Source of the DNA: Octopus sinensis
Taxonomy: Eukaryota
Assembly (NCBI RefSeq): GCF_006345805.1
Contig: NC_043010.1
Coordinates: forward strand, 16,058,001-16,122,000
Length of the DNA: 64,000 nucleotides
Direction of reading: 5' to 3'
Shown: in pieces, positions 13,112 through 24,670 of the stretch
Layout: every line of letters starts with the position of its first letter
Numbering within the stretch: position 1 is the stretch's first letter
The notes under the pieces: model-generated
Told to the model about the DNA's origin: nothing
Seen by the model: the letters and a program-made list of their open reading frames with translations, nothing else
Database searches by the model: none
Made by a program: the position numbers and the translations under genes

Positions 13112-14359
13112 ATATGCTTCAACACACGAACACACAGAAAGAATCTTGCAAACGAAATCTTTTTTTATATCACCACAAGTTATCTCCCCTTAACTAGCTA
13201 ACCTCGTTATCTCGCTCTACTTCGATTATTCATTTATCACATTGGTCACATAACAACGACTAATAACATTCCAAATGTCATTCCTGCTTTTAAAACTATT
13301 TTATCAATCTTTTATCTTTTCTAAGAAGCTGGTACTTTAATGCCCGCGTAAACAATTCATTCATACCTGTAGCTCTTCAATCTGAGTTTTCTCCCTTATA
13401 TCAACTTTGCCGGGATTGAATATGTTGTGTTAGAGTTTAACTTTAATTTATGGTCAGTTGATATCACGCCACCCCTTAATTGAACGGGTATATCTGCGGC
13501 AGGAAAGTCGATGTGCCGATGTGTTAATCGATAAAATGAACAAATCAGAAATAGACAACTCTCCAGAAGTTGTGTATGCAGTTATGATGCCTCGACCAAG
13601 AAATAATCTGGTCCCACTTAGATTTTAAGGAATGGTCAAATATGTTGCAGCGAATGACAGAACTTAAAGATATTTCTCCTTTGAGAAATGTATTCAGAAC
13701 GAGTCAGCTTCACAGAATTTCTTTCTTCAAAATATACCCATTCAAAAGTAACATTTGAATATGAAGAGTTCCCTTACTGTCATGATAAGTTGACAGTATA
13801 CAACCACTCTCTCGCTCCACCACCGTACATATATCTATGAGATATATAGAAATTTAATATTTCTGATTTTGGTGATCAGTGAATAAATTTCACTGAAAAT
13901 ATATATATATATATTTACGAGGTCTAGACAGATATCTTCAGCTAGCGGGCCTCTGCTACTCTAGACCAATGATGGGCAAAGACCCTGAAACATGCGTGTC
14001 TCTAGATGCAGGCCTAGCTGTTGGGGGTATTTGTCTCCCCTTCGTAAATATATAAGGACACAGGAAATGTGTCGAGGCCAACAGGAAGCGTCGATGCTTC
14101 CTAGGGCTAAACAGCGGTGGTGTAATTCCCTTACAGGGCTGTCACGTTAAGTTGACAGTATACAACCACTTAAAAAGAATATAATTTCGTAAATATATTA
14201 AATTGGAAAAGTTACTCCTCAACCAACAGAAAGTTAATGCATTAAGGAATCAAAATAAGCAGAAGTAGATCAGCACAATCTCTCTCTTGAGAATTAATTA
14301 ACGATAGACGTTGCACCGGTATTTAACTGTTTTCCTTAGTTGCTTAGTGTCTTATCTGA

Positions 14360-14504
14360 AATATATGGAATTATTCAAGAATCTCTAATGTAACACTTGA
14401 AGACCTTGTCGTTACTAACACATTCTTTTGTATTCTAACAAGAAATTCAAACAAACTCAGTCTCCATATATACACACACGTTCACACGTGTGTGTGTGTA
14501 TGTA
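14360..14504 (+). repeat. 145-bp direct repeat, copy 1 (copy 2 at 16208-16352)
   Basis: AATATATGGAATT..CAAGAATCTCTAATGTAACAC...CACACGTGTGTGTGTGTATGTA present twice with about 2 mismatches. Confidence 0.9.
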
Positions 14505-14553
14505 CGCTATATACCAATTATACAACTCAGATCAAGACACACACACACACACA

Positions 14554-14599
<46 letters not shown>

Positions 14600-15232
14600 G
14601 TACGTACGTACATATATATATATATATACACCTGTAAAAAAAATCGAGACAAATGAAAAACTACATCAGAAGAACCTTTAAAATAATGGACCAAGAAATA
14701 GCATCTTGCATTGTGGAGAAAGACTAGGCTAAAAGCAATCTGACTGTTGTTTAAGACACTGACACAGCATCTTTCTGGTGGTCTGTTTATAAACAGCCGG
14801 CTGCTTACATCACATTTTTTAGGGGAGGGGGGAGTACCTCGGTTTCTTTATCATAAGTGGAAAGATTTAGATACAATGACAAGAAAGAAGAGAAAGAATG
14901 GGATAAGCTTAGAGAAATGGTGGGTGCGGTGGGGGACAATGAAACAAAGAGAAGGAGCAGAAGAAAATAGAAAATTAAGGCAAGATGAAAAGGAAGAAAA
15001 GGAGAGAGAGAAAGAAGAAGAGAAAGAATGTAAGAGAGATACATGAAGAGAAAGCAAAAGATGGTTAAAGAAGGAAAATGTGTTGGAAGGAATAATAATA
15101 ATAATAATAATAATTAGTATCTTGAACAATAACCTCAAGTCTCCTTTGTCTGCAAGTCATCAAATAGAAAAGAAAGTAATTCAAGATAGAAATAGTCTTC
15201 TTTATGTGAAACCAATAAACAACAAATTTTTA

Positions 15233-15847
15233 TCAGAATCCCAAATACTCATTTACTACATTATTCACATGCAACAGCCATTGTTTTAGTGTGCGTCTCT
15301 GCATGGGAATGTGAGGTGCAGGCCGATGCATTTGGCCTGCAGCGTAAGGCACTGGACTAGAGGTTGACAAAGTTGCGTTTGAAGAGTAACAGCCGGGATC
15401 TTCTAAACAGAAGTAGGAATGTATGTATTCACGACACATGGGACAACGTTCAAGCTTGCTAAAACAAGTCCTGCACACGCATGCATGTCGACATGGCAAC
15501 AGAGCCATGCTGATAGATTCACACTGACAAACGATACAGTCGTTTTGCGTAGAACTCTCGGAATCCGTGGCATTGCAATCTGTTGAAACCGGTTTGTCGC
15601 ATACAGCAGAAGATGCTTGCAGCTCAGCATTTGCTGTTGTTCCTAAGTCCCCTTCAGATGAAGAAGCTGTGACATCTTTCATGCCAGATGCTGATGAAGA
15701 AGGCATTTCAGTTATATTGGAGGAACTGGTATTAACATCTTCTGTCAAATGACTCTGTGAAGACTGCTTTGCGGAAACGGTAGACGAGGGTACTTGTGTT
15801 GTTTGCTGGGATCCTTCATCATCAGGCAATGATGCTATAAATAAAGG
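15233..15847 (-). CDS. CGRRF1: CGRRF1-like, exon 6 (last coding exon): Ser/Thr-rich linker, C3HC4 RING finger, C-terminal tail, TGA
   Basis: Acceptor tttatag|CCT TTA TTT (PLFIAS, like vertebrate QLFMSA); RING CIVCQCESISMALLPCRHACVCRTCFSKLERCPMCREY; stop at 15235-15233. Confidence 0.9.
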   Translation of the reverse strand, partial: PLFIASLPDDEGSQQTTQVPSSTVSAKQSSQSHLTEDVNTSSSNITEMPSSSASGMKDVTASSSEGDLGTTANAELQASSAVCDKPVSTDCNATDSESSTQNDCIVCQCESISMALLPCRHACVCRTCFSKLERCPMCREYIHSYFCLEDPGCYSSNATLSTSSPVPYAAGQMHRPAPHIPMQRRTLKQWLLHVNNVVNEYLGF

Positions 15848-16207
15848 CTATAAAAAAAACAATACAATTGTTTAGACACAGATATACTTATTTTATATAA
15901 ACAACTCTCACTCCAGTAATACTGTCACTCACTCGCATTCCAGTTACACTGCCACTCTCACTCCACTTCATCCCACTCCAGATTATTACCAAAACATGTT
16001 ATTGACCATTTCAATGGACACTGAAGCCAGACCAAACTCGCATCAAACTGGAATTTCTGAAATGATCGGGAATTAAGCAGTCTGACGTAGTCTTTGTTGG
16101 TTGCCAATGTGTTGAATAAGTCACAAATAGCAAATGCATTAAGTTTGTGTTCGTTAGAAGAGATTCACAAATTAACAACCAAACTAGGCTGAAGAATTGC
16201 AGCCACT

Positions 16208-16352
16208 AATATATGGAATTTTTCAAGAATCTCTAATGTAACACTTGAAGACCTTGTTGTTACTAACACATTCTTTTGTATTCTAACAAGAAATTCAAAC
16301 AAACTCAGTCTCCATATATACACACACGTTCACACGTGTGTGTGTGTATGTA
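16208..16352 (+). repeat. 145-bp direct repeat, copy 2, in CGRRF1 intron 5
   Basis: Matches 14360-14504. Confidence 0.9.
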
Positions 16353-16850
16353 TGGGAAAGGTTTTCAATGAGATATTCAAATACTGAAAAACCTCAATGG
16401 CCATCACTATTGAAAACAACAGGAAACAAGATGTTTATTAGAGATTATAATTCCAGCTAGATTGTGAGGCATGAAACAGCAACATTGTCATGGCATTGGT
16501 TTAAGCTGACAGTCCTGATACTGTTTGGCAACAATAATAATTTCTCTTGAAACCTTTTGCCAAGTGACCACCACCAATGATGTTTCTAACAAATGGAACA
16601 TACACAGAATTTTGAAAAAAAGAATGAATATGAAATAAATTTGAGTAAACCAAGGAACCACAACAGTTTTGAAACCTGACAGAAATCACTTCCCTTATGT
16701 AACAAATGCTTATGAGAAAAGCATAAACATCACAACTCCCCCACTTCTAAAATGTGGAGCGCTTCTGTGTCTCTCTGGGATGGCTTCACCCTTTGTCTAC
16801 CTTCTTTCAGTCAACCTAATAATGGGGTGGGGTAGAAACTTTAGACTCAC

Positions 16851-16958
16851 CTGAAGATTGAATATTTGGTTATTGTAGGTTTTCAAGTGTTGGTTGATAA
16901 TGTGGGAGTTCATACTACAAACAGAATCCTTTAAATGGATGGCACTCAGCATCGCCAC
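16851..16958 (-). CDS. CGRRF1: CGRRF1-like, exon 5 (108 nt, phase 0-0)
   Basis: ccaccag|VAMLSAIHLKDSVCSMNSHIINQHLKTYNNQIFNLQ|gtgagt; resembles vertebrate SMVSVIHIPD...QYL..GQFHDLK. Confidence 0.88.
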
Positions 16959-17128
16959 CTGGTGGAGGAAGCACACAACACAATCCAATATTTATTGAAC
17001 ATTGAAATATATGAAAAAGTAGTCTATATTATTTGGTTCTTCATATTCAATGGGGAGGGGGGAGAAAGTGACATGTTAGTATGTATGAAAAAAGAGGGAG
17101 AATGTTGTATATGCATATTTTTGAACTG

Positions 17129-17510
17129 GTACAAGGCCTGAAATTTGGGGAAAGCAACAGTCGATTACATCAACCCCAGTGCATAACTGGTACTTAGTTT
17201 ATCGACCCCAAAAGGATGAAAGGTAAAGTTGACCTTGGTGGAATTTGAACTCAGAATGTAGTGACAAGTGAAATACCTATTTTTATACTACCCACAAGGG
17301 GCTAAACACAAAGGGGAAAAACAAGGACAGACAAACGGATTAAGCCAATTATATCGACCCCAGTGTGTAACTGGTACTTATTTAATCCACCCCAAAAGGA
17401 CGAAAGGCAAAGTTGACCTCGGTGGAATTTGAACTCAGAATGTAACGGTAGACGAAATATCGCTAAGCATTTCACCCGACATGCTAACATTTTTGCCAGC
17501 TTGCCGCCTT
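17129..17510 (-). mobile_element. Two adjacent tRNA-derived SINE copies (family A)
   Basis: Shared body GGTCGACTTTGCCTTTCATCCTTTCGGGGTCGATAAATTAAGTACCAG and tRNA-like head with B-box GAGTTCAAATTCC. Confidence 0.8.
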
Positions 17511-17917
17511 AATAATAATAATAATTCGTTCGTTTATTGGCCACAAGGTTTAACAAAAATCAATTAAAACATAAAGGGACAAAACACAGGGCAAAAGTTA
17601 TAAAGGGTTTTGTCCGTTTGAAAAAGTCCGTGTACAAAAGCAGGATAACAACGAAATGTAAGTAACAATTAAAACTCCCAATAGGGGGAGGCACTTCGAA
17701 AGGTTACTCGTGGAAAAACCAATAAAAGCCACAGGAGCCTGGTCAAAAGGGGGGTAGAGAGCCCCTTTCTCCTTTTATATTTCTTTTAATTTTCACTGGA
17801 TACTAATATGGAAATCCCTTTGTTTAAGGGTGACATATGATTTTAAATGATTGCTTCTCTAATTATTTAAAATAACAACCAGATCCTGCTTCCATGATTG
17901 TAATGTAAATAACTTAC

Positions 17918-18071
17918 CACCTGGACACTTCCATCAGTAGGATGAGTGGAACTGCGTGAGACATTTAACAGCACGATAGGGTAGATGGTCCTGGAGTTGG
18001 CTGCCATGGAAACATCTGCCATAGCTTGTGGTGTTGGTAAATGAAGCTGCTTCTCACTGCAACAGTCTAAT
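17918..18071 (-). CDS. CGRRF1: CGRRF1-like, exon 4 (154 nt, phase 2-0; alternative in-frame acceptor would start at 18056)
   Basis: aaag|A LDCCSEKQLHLP...SRTIYPIVLLNVSR...GSVQV|gtaagt; SRTIYPIVLL resembles vertebrate PRSRYPLVALL; frame joins exons 3 and 5. Confidence 0.85.
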
Positions 18072-18196
18072 CTTTAATCAATGTCAAAGGATCAAATGAT
18101 TCTGCTGAGCAAATAGTTTTAAAGGCACTCACACACAAACACCCACACACCCCCACACACACACACATGAGCACATGCAAAGTAGAAAGTAAACTC

Positions 18197-18256
<60 letters not shown>

Positions 18257-18279
18257 AGAGAGAGAGAGCATAATGATAA

Positions 18280-18680
18280 TAATAATAATGAAATTATTGT
18301 ATACAGTGCTCAGGTGCACCACAACCTGTCAAAAAGTGCATATAAAGTATATACAGTAATGTACAAATATCTGGGAAGTGAACAGTGTATGAGTCAGATA
18401 CATGCTTGCGTGTGTATAAAGGGGAGGAAATCAGGTGTAGTGTTGGCGAATCTCAGGAAGCATGGTAGTTTTGAAGGATGCAGTGCTCCGACAACCAACA
18501 ACTGATGCCGGCAGTTTGTTCCATGCTTCAGCAACTCTTGGCGTGAAAAAATGTTTCCGAAAGTAATGGAAGGAGGTGTGCAGTTTTCTGACTTTGTAAA
18601 CATGTCCACGGGTGTTAGACAGGTGGAGTTTGAAAAGGTGCTCAGAGTTACATAAGACATAAAATACAAATTCACCTCAA
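18280..18680 (-). mobile_element. CR1-type LINE 3' end with (TAT)n tail
   Basis: Translation RKHFFTPRVAEAWNKLPASVVGCRSTASFKT is typical of the CR1 ORF2 end; same family at 30290-30497. Confidence 0.7.
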
Positions 18681-18878
18681 TAGGAAAGCGTAACTTTGAT
18701 AAGGTCCACTCTACTCATTGCTTCTCACTCAAACCTTCTACAAACCACAAATTTTAGCAAATTTAGAGGACAGAGAAGAAGAATGAAATCATTGTTTAAC
18801 ATTTGAAGCTAATTCATAGCAGATGTCACTCTCCACCAAGTTTCCAGCACCCATTCTCACCATATACAGATATATATA

Positions 18879-19109
18879 TTTCTTTACTACCCACAAGGGG
18901 CTAAACACAGAGGAGACAAACAAGGACAGACAAACGGATTAAGCCGATTACATTGACCCCAGTGCGTAACTGGTACTTAATTTATCGACCCCGAAAGGAT
19001 GAAAGGCAAAGTCGACCTCAGCGGAATTTGAACTCAGAACGTAACGGCAGACGAAATACGACTACGTATTTCGCCTGGTGTGCTAACGCTTCTGCCAGCT
19101 CGCCGCCTT
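18879..19109 (-). mobile_element. Full-length family A SINE with 19-bp TSD
   Basis: CACCATATACAGATATATA at 18858-18876 and 19110-19128 flanks the element. Confidence 0.88.
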
Positions 19110-19357
19110 CACCATATACAGATATATAGCCACATAGAGATATCCAAATATAGAAATATTATCAGAAAGAAGTATCATCATATAAAGAAGGATACAGAGA
19201 TATAGCCACATAGCAATATCACCAACAATCTGTCTAGAAGATATCAATAGGGAAAGAACTGTGTCAGGGGACGTAAAAGTTATTCCAAGGGACATAACTC
19301 GGTTAATCCGATTACTGAGACGCCATCCGAAACTGGTTGTGTTCCTTGCTATAATTT

Positions 19358-19401
<44 letters not shown>

Positions 19402-19557
19402 CATCTACCACCCAGCTCTCTTTATCCAATCTTTAGTTTATTACTTGGCTCTATCTCATACATAGCGGGGTTTTGGCTTCATAATGATTATATTACTTTG
19501 TGTGTGTGTGTGTCTCTCTCTCTCTCAACATAGATAATAATGTACTAAAAAGGATAC

Positions 19558-19732
19558 ACGAGTGGTTCATCTTTGCAAACATATGAACCCGTAAGGAAAT
19601 TATCGGAGTGTATGTGCTCCTGGAGTTGTTGCCATGGTAACTGGAACTCTTGGTAAAGAGCCTGGATGTTCACACCCCAGAAGCTGTACAGACGACTTGC
19701 CACCAAACTTGAAACCACGCAATGTAAACCAG
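19558..19732 (-). CDS. CGRRF1: CGRRF1-like, exon 3 (175 nt, phase 1-2)
   Basis: tatttcag|CT GLHCVVSSLVASRLYSFWGVNIQALYQEFQ...DEPL GT|gtatcc; YSFWGVNIQALYQ resembles vertebrate CYWGCSVQKLYE. Confidence 0.88.
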
Positions 19733-20023
19733 CTGAAATAGAGAAGGAAAAATACATAATTCTGTCTATTGTTGTCATCTTTCAGCTAGTATAACTTTCC
19801 TCAATGCTCCAACCATGACCTTCACATCTATAATCCAGGTATATCAATGACTATACAGTCCATTGTGTCTCTCTTTTTTTATAAACACTTAAAGGTAGAC
19901 AATGAGGGTTATTTGGCAGCTATTTCTAGATCTGTTGGCCACATACCAGCACCGTTATTGGTGTCTTTATAATGTAGGGCAGTGAAAGTGTTTTGTAAGA
20001 ATAGTTTGTATCAAATATCCAAT

Positions 20024-20376
20024 ACTAGCGCTATGACCTGGCAATGCTGGGTCATAGTGCTAGTGCATGCATATACAGCTGCGTGCGTGTGCACATACAC
20101 GCGAGTACTGTCCAAATCTCCGACCAATCACATACAGCTAGCTGGCATTCAATTGACATATCAAGTTTCGGGCATTTTGATTGGGCTTTGGATAGAAAAT
20201 TCACAAAAAAGTCACTTCTATTGATTTTTTAATGACTGGGGAAATGTAAAGATGTGCACGACCACCCTTGGACAGTTTTGAATGACCATAGAAAGTGCAA
20301 GCCCTCTAACTGAAAAATTGTGGATCTGTATAAAGGACACACACACAGACACTTTGCCGTTTATATATCTAGAGAT
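20024..20376 (+). mobile_element. Non-autonomous Helitron-like element (family 2), copy 1
   Basis: 5' ACTAGCGCTATGACC...GGTCATAGTGCTAGT hairpin; 3' ACAGACAC..TTTATATATCTAGAGAT; copies at 40479-40845 and 41701-42065. Confidence 0.6.
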
Positions 20377-20490
20377 TACAGTGTGGTGAGAATTCTGAAG
20401 ACAATTCTGATAATTTGGTACTGGCCATTGGGACACATAACTTGTTCTGGCGTTTTGGTGCTGATGGCACACACACACACACACACTCTA

Positions 20491-20522
<32 letters not shown>

Positions 20523-20847
20523 AAATATTCTACAGATCTTCAATGACACTGTTTCAGCAAAATCAGCATCATTCTTAACATTCTTCAGAAAAGTCTGTTG
20601 TTCAAGGGACTTCATTGATTTTGAAAGAAAGAACAGGAGTTGGCCACGGCACCGCATCCAACCACAGAAAATCAACCCCAAAAAGTTTCAACCAGTAAAA
20701 GTGATGATGATGAGGATGAACTGGATTAGTCAGAGAAGGAGCAGAGATTAAAGTCAGATAAGAGTCACCAGAAACACAGAGTGAGGCAAGATAAGAGTCA
20801 AAACAGAACAGACATCAAGCAGATCTGAGATGAAAGAAATTGTTGTA

Positions 20848-21720
20848 ATCATCATCATCATCATCACTTAGTGTCCATATTCCATTCTGGGTTAGACAGT
20901 TTGACTGGAGCTGGTAAGCCAGAGAACTGTGCCAGGCTCCAGTCATCTGTTTTGGCCTGGTTTCTATGGCTGGATGCCCTTCCTAATGGCCACCACTCCA
21001 CAGAGTATATACTTGATGCCTTTTACAGGCCACCAACACTGGCCACAGCTAGGATTTCTCTGAGCTTCACATGTCTTCTCAAGCAAATTGCCAAAAGTCT
21101 CAGTCATTTGCCTTTGTGAGGTTCAACAACTGAAGATCAGGCTTCACCACATCATCCCATGGCTTCCTGAGACTACCACTTCCACAGATTCCCTCCACAC
21201 TTAGAGATCAGCACTTCCTCATCCATATGCTTCACATGACCATAGCAGCGCAGTCTTCTTTCTTGCACACTACATCTACTGCCTCTTATACCCAGTTCTT
21301 CTCTTAACACACTTACACTCTGCCACACGTGCACACTGATACTGTGTGTCCAGTGTAGCATATTAGCATATTAGCATGTAGCCCATATTTCACTGTTATG
21401 TACCACGGTTGTTGGTGCACAGGCATCACACAATCTGCCTTTCACTCTGAGGAAGTGGTCCTTTGTTACCAACAAAAGTAAAAGCTCTCTGAACTTTGCC
21501 CACCCCATTCTTATTCTAGTAGCTACACTCTCAGAGCATCCTCCTCCACTGCTGACTTGGTCACCAAGGTAACAGAAGCTGTCTACTACTTCTAATTATC
21601 CCCCCAGTCATTTGATAAAGTCTATTTTCTGTACATTTCTAGCATTTATTGTACCTGTACATCTGCCACACACAAACACTACTTTCTCGGTTAACCCTTT
21701 CATTACTGTATCTATTTTGA
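20848..21720 (-). mobile_element. RTE-clade LINE 3' fragment with (GAT)n tail
   Basis: Degenerate ELLLLLVTK..KGRLCDAC..ERRLRCYGHVKHMDE motifs followed by the family C 3' end (CTGGATGCCCTTCCTAA, reverse). Confidence 0.7.
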
Positions 21721-22341
21721 GATGCTCTGTGTTTCTTTCAATTACTTTAAATATAACAAAGAATTTAGTAAAATAACTTAGTTATCATTAAGCTAATGTT
21801 AGGAACATAAATTGTGACTAAGGTTTGGTGGAAGATTTTAATTCAAAACTTATGAAAACAAGACATTTGTACTCAGAACCAGAGCCAGTTTCAGCCGCGT
21901 TGGTAACGAAAGGGTTAACCTTCCTCTGATACTGATGCATCTTTTTATGTGTCCATAGCTTACATGGAGTACATCTCATGGAGTTTCTACTAACACCTTT
22001 TCTAAAAATTGAGAAGGGCCATCTCCCTGAAGGGATCAGTGATTTGTCTTCCTAGTTACAAAGACTTTGGTCTTTGCTTAATTAACTCTAAGGCCCTTTG
22101 ATTCCAGACCTTGCTTGCACATGAAATTTCTTGTCTAGTCCTGGTAGTGATTCAGCTATACAAACAAAGGAACTCCCAAGTGCAGCTAGTCTTAAATTCT
22201 GTTATGGTCTGGAGGACTATGAAGAACAAGAGGGGGGTTGAGAACCAATCCTTGGTGAATTAGCTTCAATTAGCATGACAAGTTCCTAAGTGCAATTTTT
22301 ATTTTTAAAAATCAATAGAAATAGAAGAAAGATGTACTTAC

Positions 22342-22472
22342 ACAGTAAGGAGCTATTCTTTGTAGGGTCCATCTGTAGCGAGAAAGGGGTTTGGATTCCA
22401 ACCATTCGCTGCTCAGGAATAACATGTTTCACAACAACCGATGAGCTGAATGCAATATGATCTCCATTTAAC
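22342..22472 (-). CDS. CGRRF1: CGRRF1-like, exon 2 (131 nt, phase 2-1)
   Basis: ttttag|G LNGDHIAF...EQRMVGIQTPFSLQMDPTKNSSLL T|gtaagt; resembles vertebrate KQMRQVKNPFGLEI. Confidence 0.85.
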
Positions 22473-22600
22473 CTAAAAAGTAGGTAAAATATTACGGAGA
22501 TGTACTTGCATAGCAAGTGATTTGATCTGAGATTGTGTGCTGAAACGAAAACAATTGCAGCGTGGAAGGTGTTTGTAAGCCATTTAAGAAACACACAATC

Positions 22601-22814
22601 GCCGTTCGATTCACTTCAACATTTAAGTTTAATTTGTCAAAATATTTTCGTCGCTTTAAGACCGCGACCTGTACACTGACAAAAATCCGTGCTGCATCTC
22701 GGATTTTTGTCAGATTTTTGCAGCACGGATTTTTGTCAGTGAACAGGTCGCGGTCTTAAAGCGACGAAAATATTTTGACAAATTAAACTTAAATGTTGAA
22801 GTGAACTGAACGGC
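22601..22814. repeat. Long inverted repeat (96-bp arms, 22-nt spacer) in CGRRF1 intron 1
   Basis: 22601-22696 pairs with 22719-22814 with about 3 mismatches. Confidence 0.9.
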
Positions 22815-23004
22815 TTTTGTAGATAAAATATTGTAACAATTCAATTTATAATCTAAATAATCAGAGAGAAATTCTATTTTCTCAAACCCAGCTCACCTTA
22901 CCAATTCCGCAGTCAGATTAACAAACAGAAAACATTTCAATTCTTAACACCAAACACTAAAACATTGGTCCATAATATCTAAACTCAAAGTAATTGGACA
23001 TATT

Positions 23005-23372
23005 TTGCCAAATGATTAGTTCTAGTCATTAGATTAGGCCATGCTGGAGCACTGCCTTGAGGAAATTCAGTTGAACAAATTAACTCCAGTAATTGTTTAT
23101 TTTTTTACAAGCCTGGTACTTGTTCTAACAATCTCTTTTTGCTAAACTGCTAAGTTACAGGGATGTAGACAAACCAACACCAATGAGGGACAACACAGAC
23201 ACAAAGACACACATACATCTATGAAGGGCTTCTTTCAGTTTCCACTTACCAAATCCACTCCCAAGGTTTTGGCCAGCCCAAAGCTATAATAGAAAACACT
23301 TACTGTGGGTAAGTGGGACTGAACCTGGGGCCATCTAGATGAGAAGCAAATTTTTTAGCACACAGCCATACC
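23005..23372 (-). mobile_element. Family B SINE (degenerate)
   Basis: Reverse copy of the GGCTGTGTGG...GTGGATTTGGTA..AAACTGAAAGAAGCC...GTGCTCCAGCATGGCC consensus. Confidence 0.65.
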
Positions 23373-23884
23373 TAAAACTAACCAAAATGAAATTTGACAA
23401 AGAGCAAACTATTTTATATCCAAGAATATGAAGAATCAAAATTCAAATTCCTCCACTTGTTCTCTTGTTTTAAAATCTCCTGCAACCCATAACATTTTTG
23501 TTTGATATGTCCCAAAATATTAGAATAATTTGTACACAATTCTGAATTAATTAAGTAGTAGTTGAGGGGTTCAATGGTTTCGCTTTTAAAAGTAGACACC
23601 CTTTTGCAAACTGAAAATTGTTTCTTTGGAAGACAATTACGAGAAGAATGGAAAGAAATACAAAACAAAGCACGAAAAAGAATGTTGCAAGGTATTTGGT
23701 CCAAGGGTCTAACAATTCTGCCAGCCTGTGACCATTCCATGGCCACCTCTGCTGCTGTTGCTGTGCTTATCATTGAAACCTTCCACAAACAACAAATATT
23801 GGCTTCAAATTCTGACACAAGGTAAGCAAGGTTTGCAAGAGGGAGAAAGTGGATTACACTGACCCCAGTATTCTACTGGTACTT

Positions 23885-24297
23885 GGATCTTTTCAGTTTG
23901 AACAGCAGTTTTTAACATAATTTCTAAGTAACTAAAAAATTTTAAACTTCGTATACTGGTAGAATGTGTTTATAAAACATCTTTTTCTCTTGGCTTTATT
24001 GAGAAAATTCTATACTTGTAAGATATTTGCTGTTTTTTTTTTCTTCAATTTCTGCAATTTCAACCAATCAGTGACATCTATTGAGTTAAAAAACATTCTG
24101 TGCCGTATGAATATGTCCCTCGTTTAAGAAACAGATTGGGTTTATTTATATTTGTGAAGAAAAAAAGATACCCTTCCCCCACCCCTAACCCTAAAAGAGA
24201 TTGAAATGCAATAGATTGATTCTAGGATCATAATTATGGGTGACAATTTCATATGACACCGCTAGAAAAAAACGGCCGTTCAAACCGAAAATATCCC
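23885..24297 (+). mobile_element. GGG..CCC MITE (orientation A) inserted into a family A SINE
   Basis: About 30-bp TIR GGATCTTTTCAGTTTGAACAGCAGTTTTT / AAAAAACGGCCGTTCAAACCGAAAATATCCC; SINE halves at 23826-23884 and 24298-24430. Confidence 0.85.
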
Positions 24298-24439
24298 TGG
24301 TACTTTTATCTTTTTTATCAACATGAAAAAGATGAAAGACGAAAGATGAAAGACAGAGTCAACCCTGGCAACATTTGAACTCAGGACACAAAGATGGGCA
24401 AAATGCTTGGCAGAGACAATAACAGCAGCAACATCAAAA

Positions 24440-24670
24440 ACAACAACAACGGTTTCGAATTTTAACACACAAGACCAGCAAATTCAGCAGGAGGAGGGGG
24501 GTAAGTCGATCTAATCAACCCCAGTGCTCAGCTGGTTCTTATTTTATTGACCCCCCCACACACACACACCCAAAAAAAAAGGATGAAAAGCAAAACCAAA
24601 CTTGGCAGAATTTGAACTCAGAACAGATAAAATGCTGCTAACAATTCCACCAGCTCACCACCTAGTAATA
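24440..24670 (-). mobile_element. Family A SINE, degenerate
   Basis: AAGTCGATCTAATCAACCCCAG...GGATGAAAAGC...GAATTTGAACTCAGAA matches family A. Confidence 0.6.

Larger units (their letters stand above)
18072..19557 (-). other. U12-type (minor spliceosome) GT-AG intron 3 of CGRRF1-like gene
   Basis: 5' splice site GTATCCTTTT at 19557-19548; branch-like TCCTTTGAC at 18091-18083 with the A at 18084, 12 nt from the in-frame AG (18073-18072); no polypyrimidine tract. Confidence 0.8.

Noticed and set aside
13960-14010. ATGATGGGCAAAGACCCTGAAACATGCGT, hammerhead-like
   Set aside because: Core is not CUGANGA and the cleavage triplet and stem I are unconvincing; at most a decayed relic.
23562-23825. 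Plus-strand ORF ending in a GTAAG donor-like site inside CGRRF1 intron 1
   Set aside because: No acceptor or downstream exon found and no recognisable motif; would need RNA-seq.
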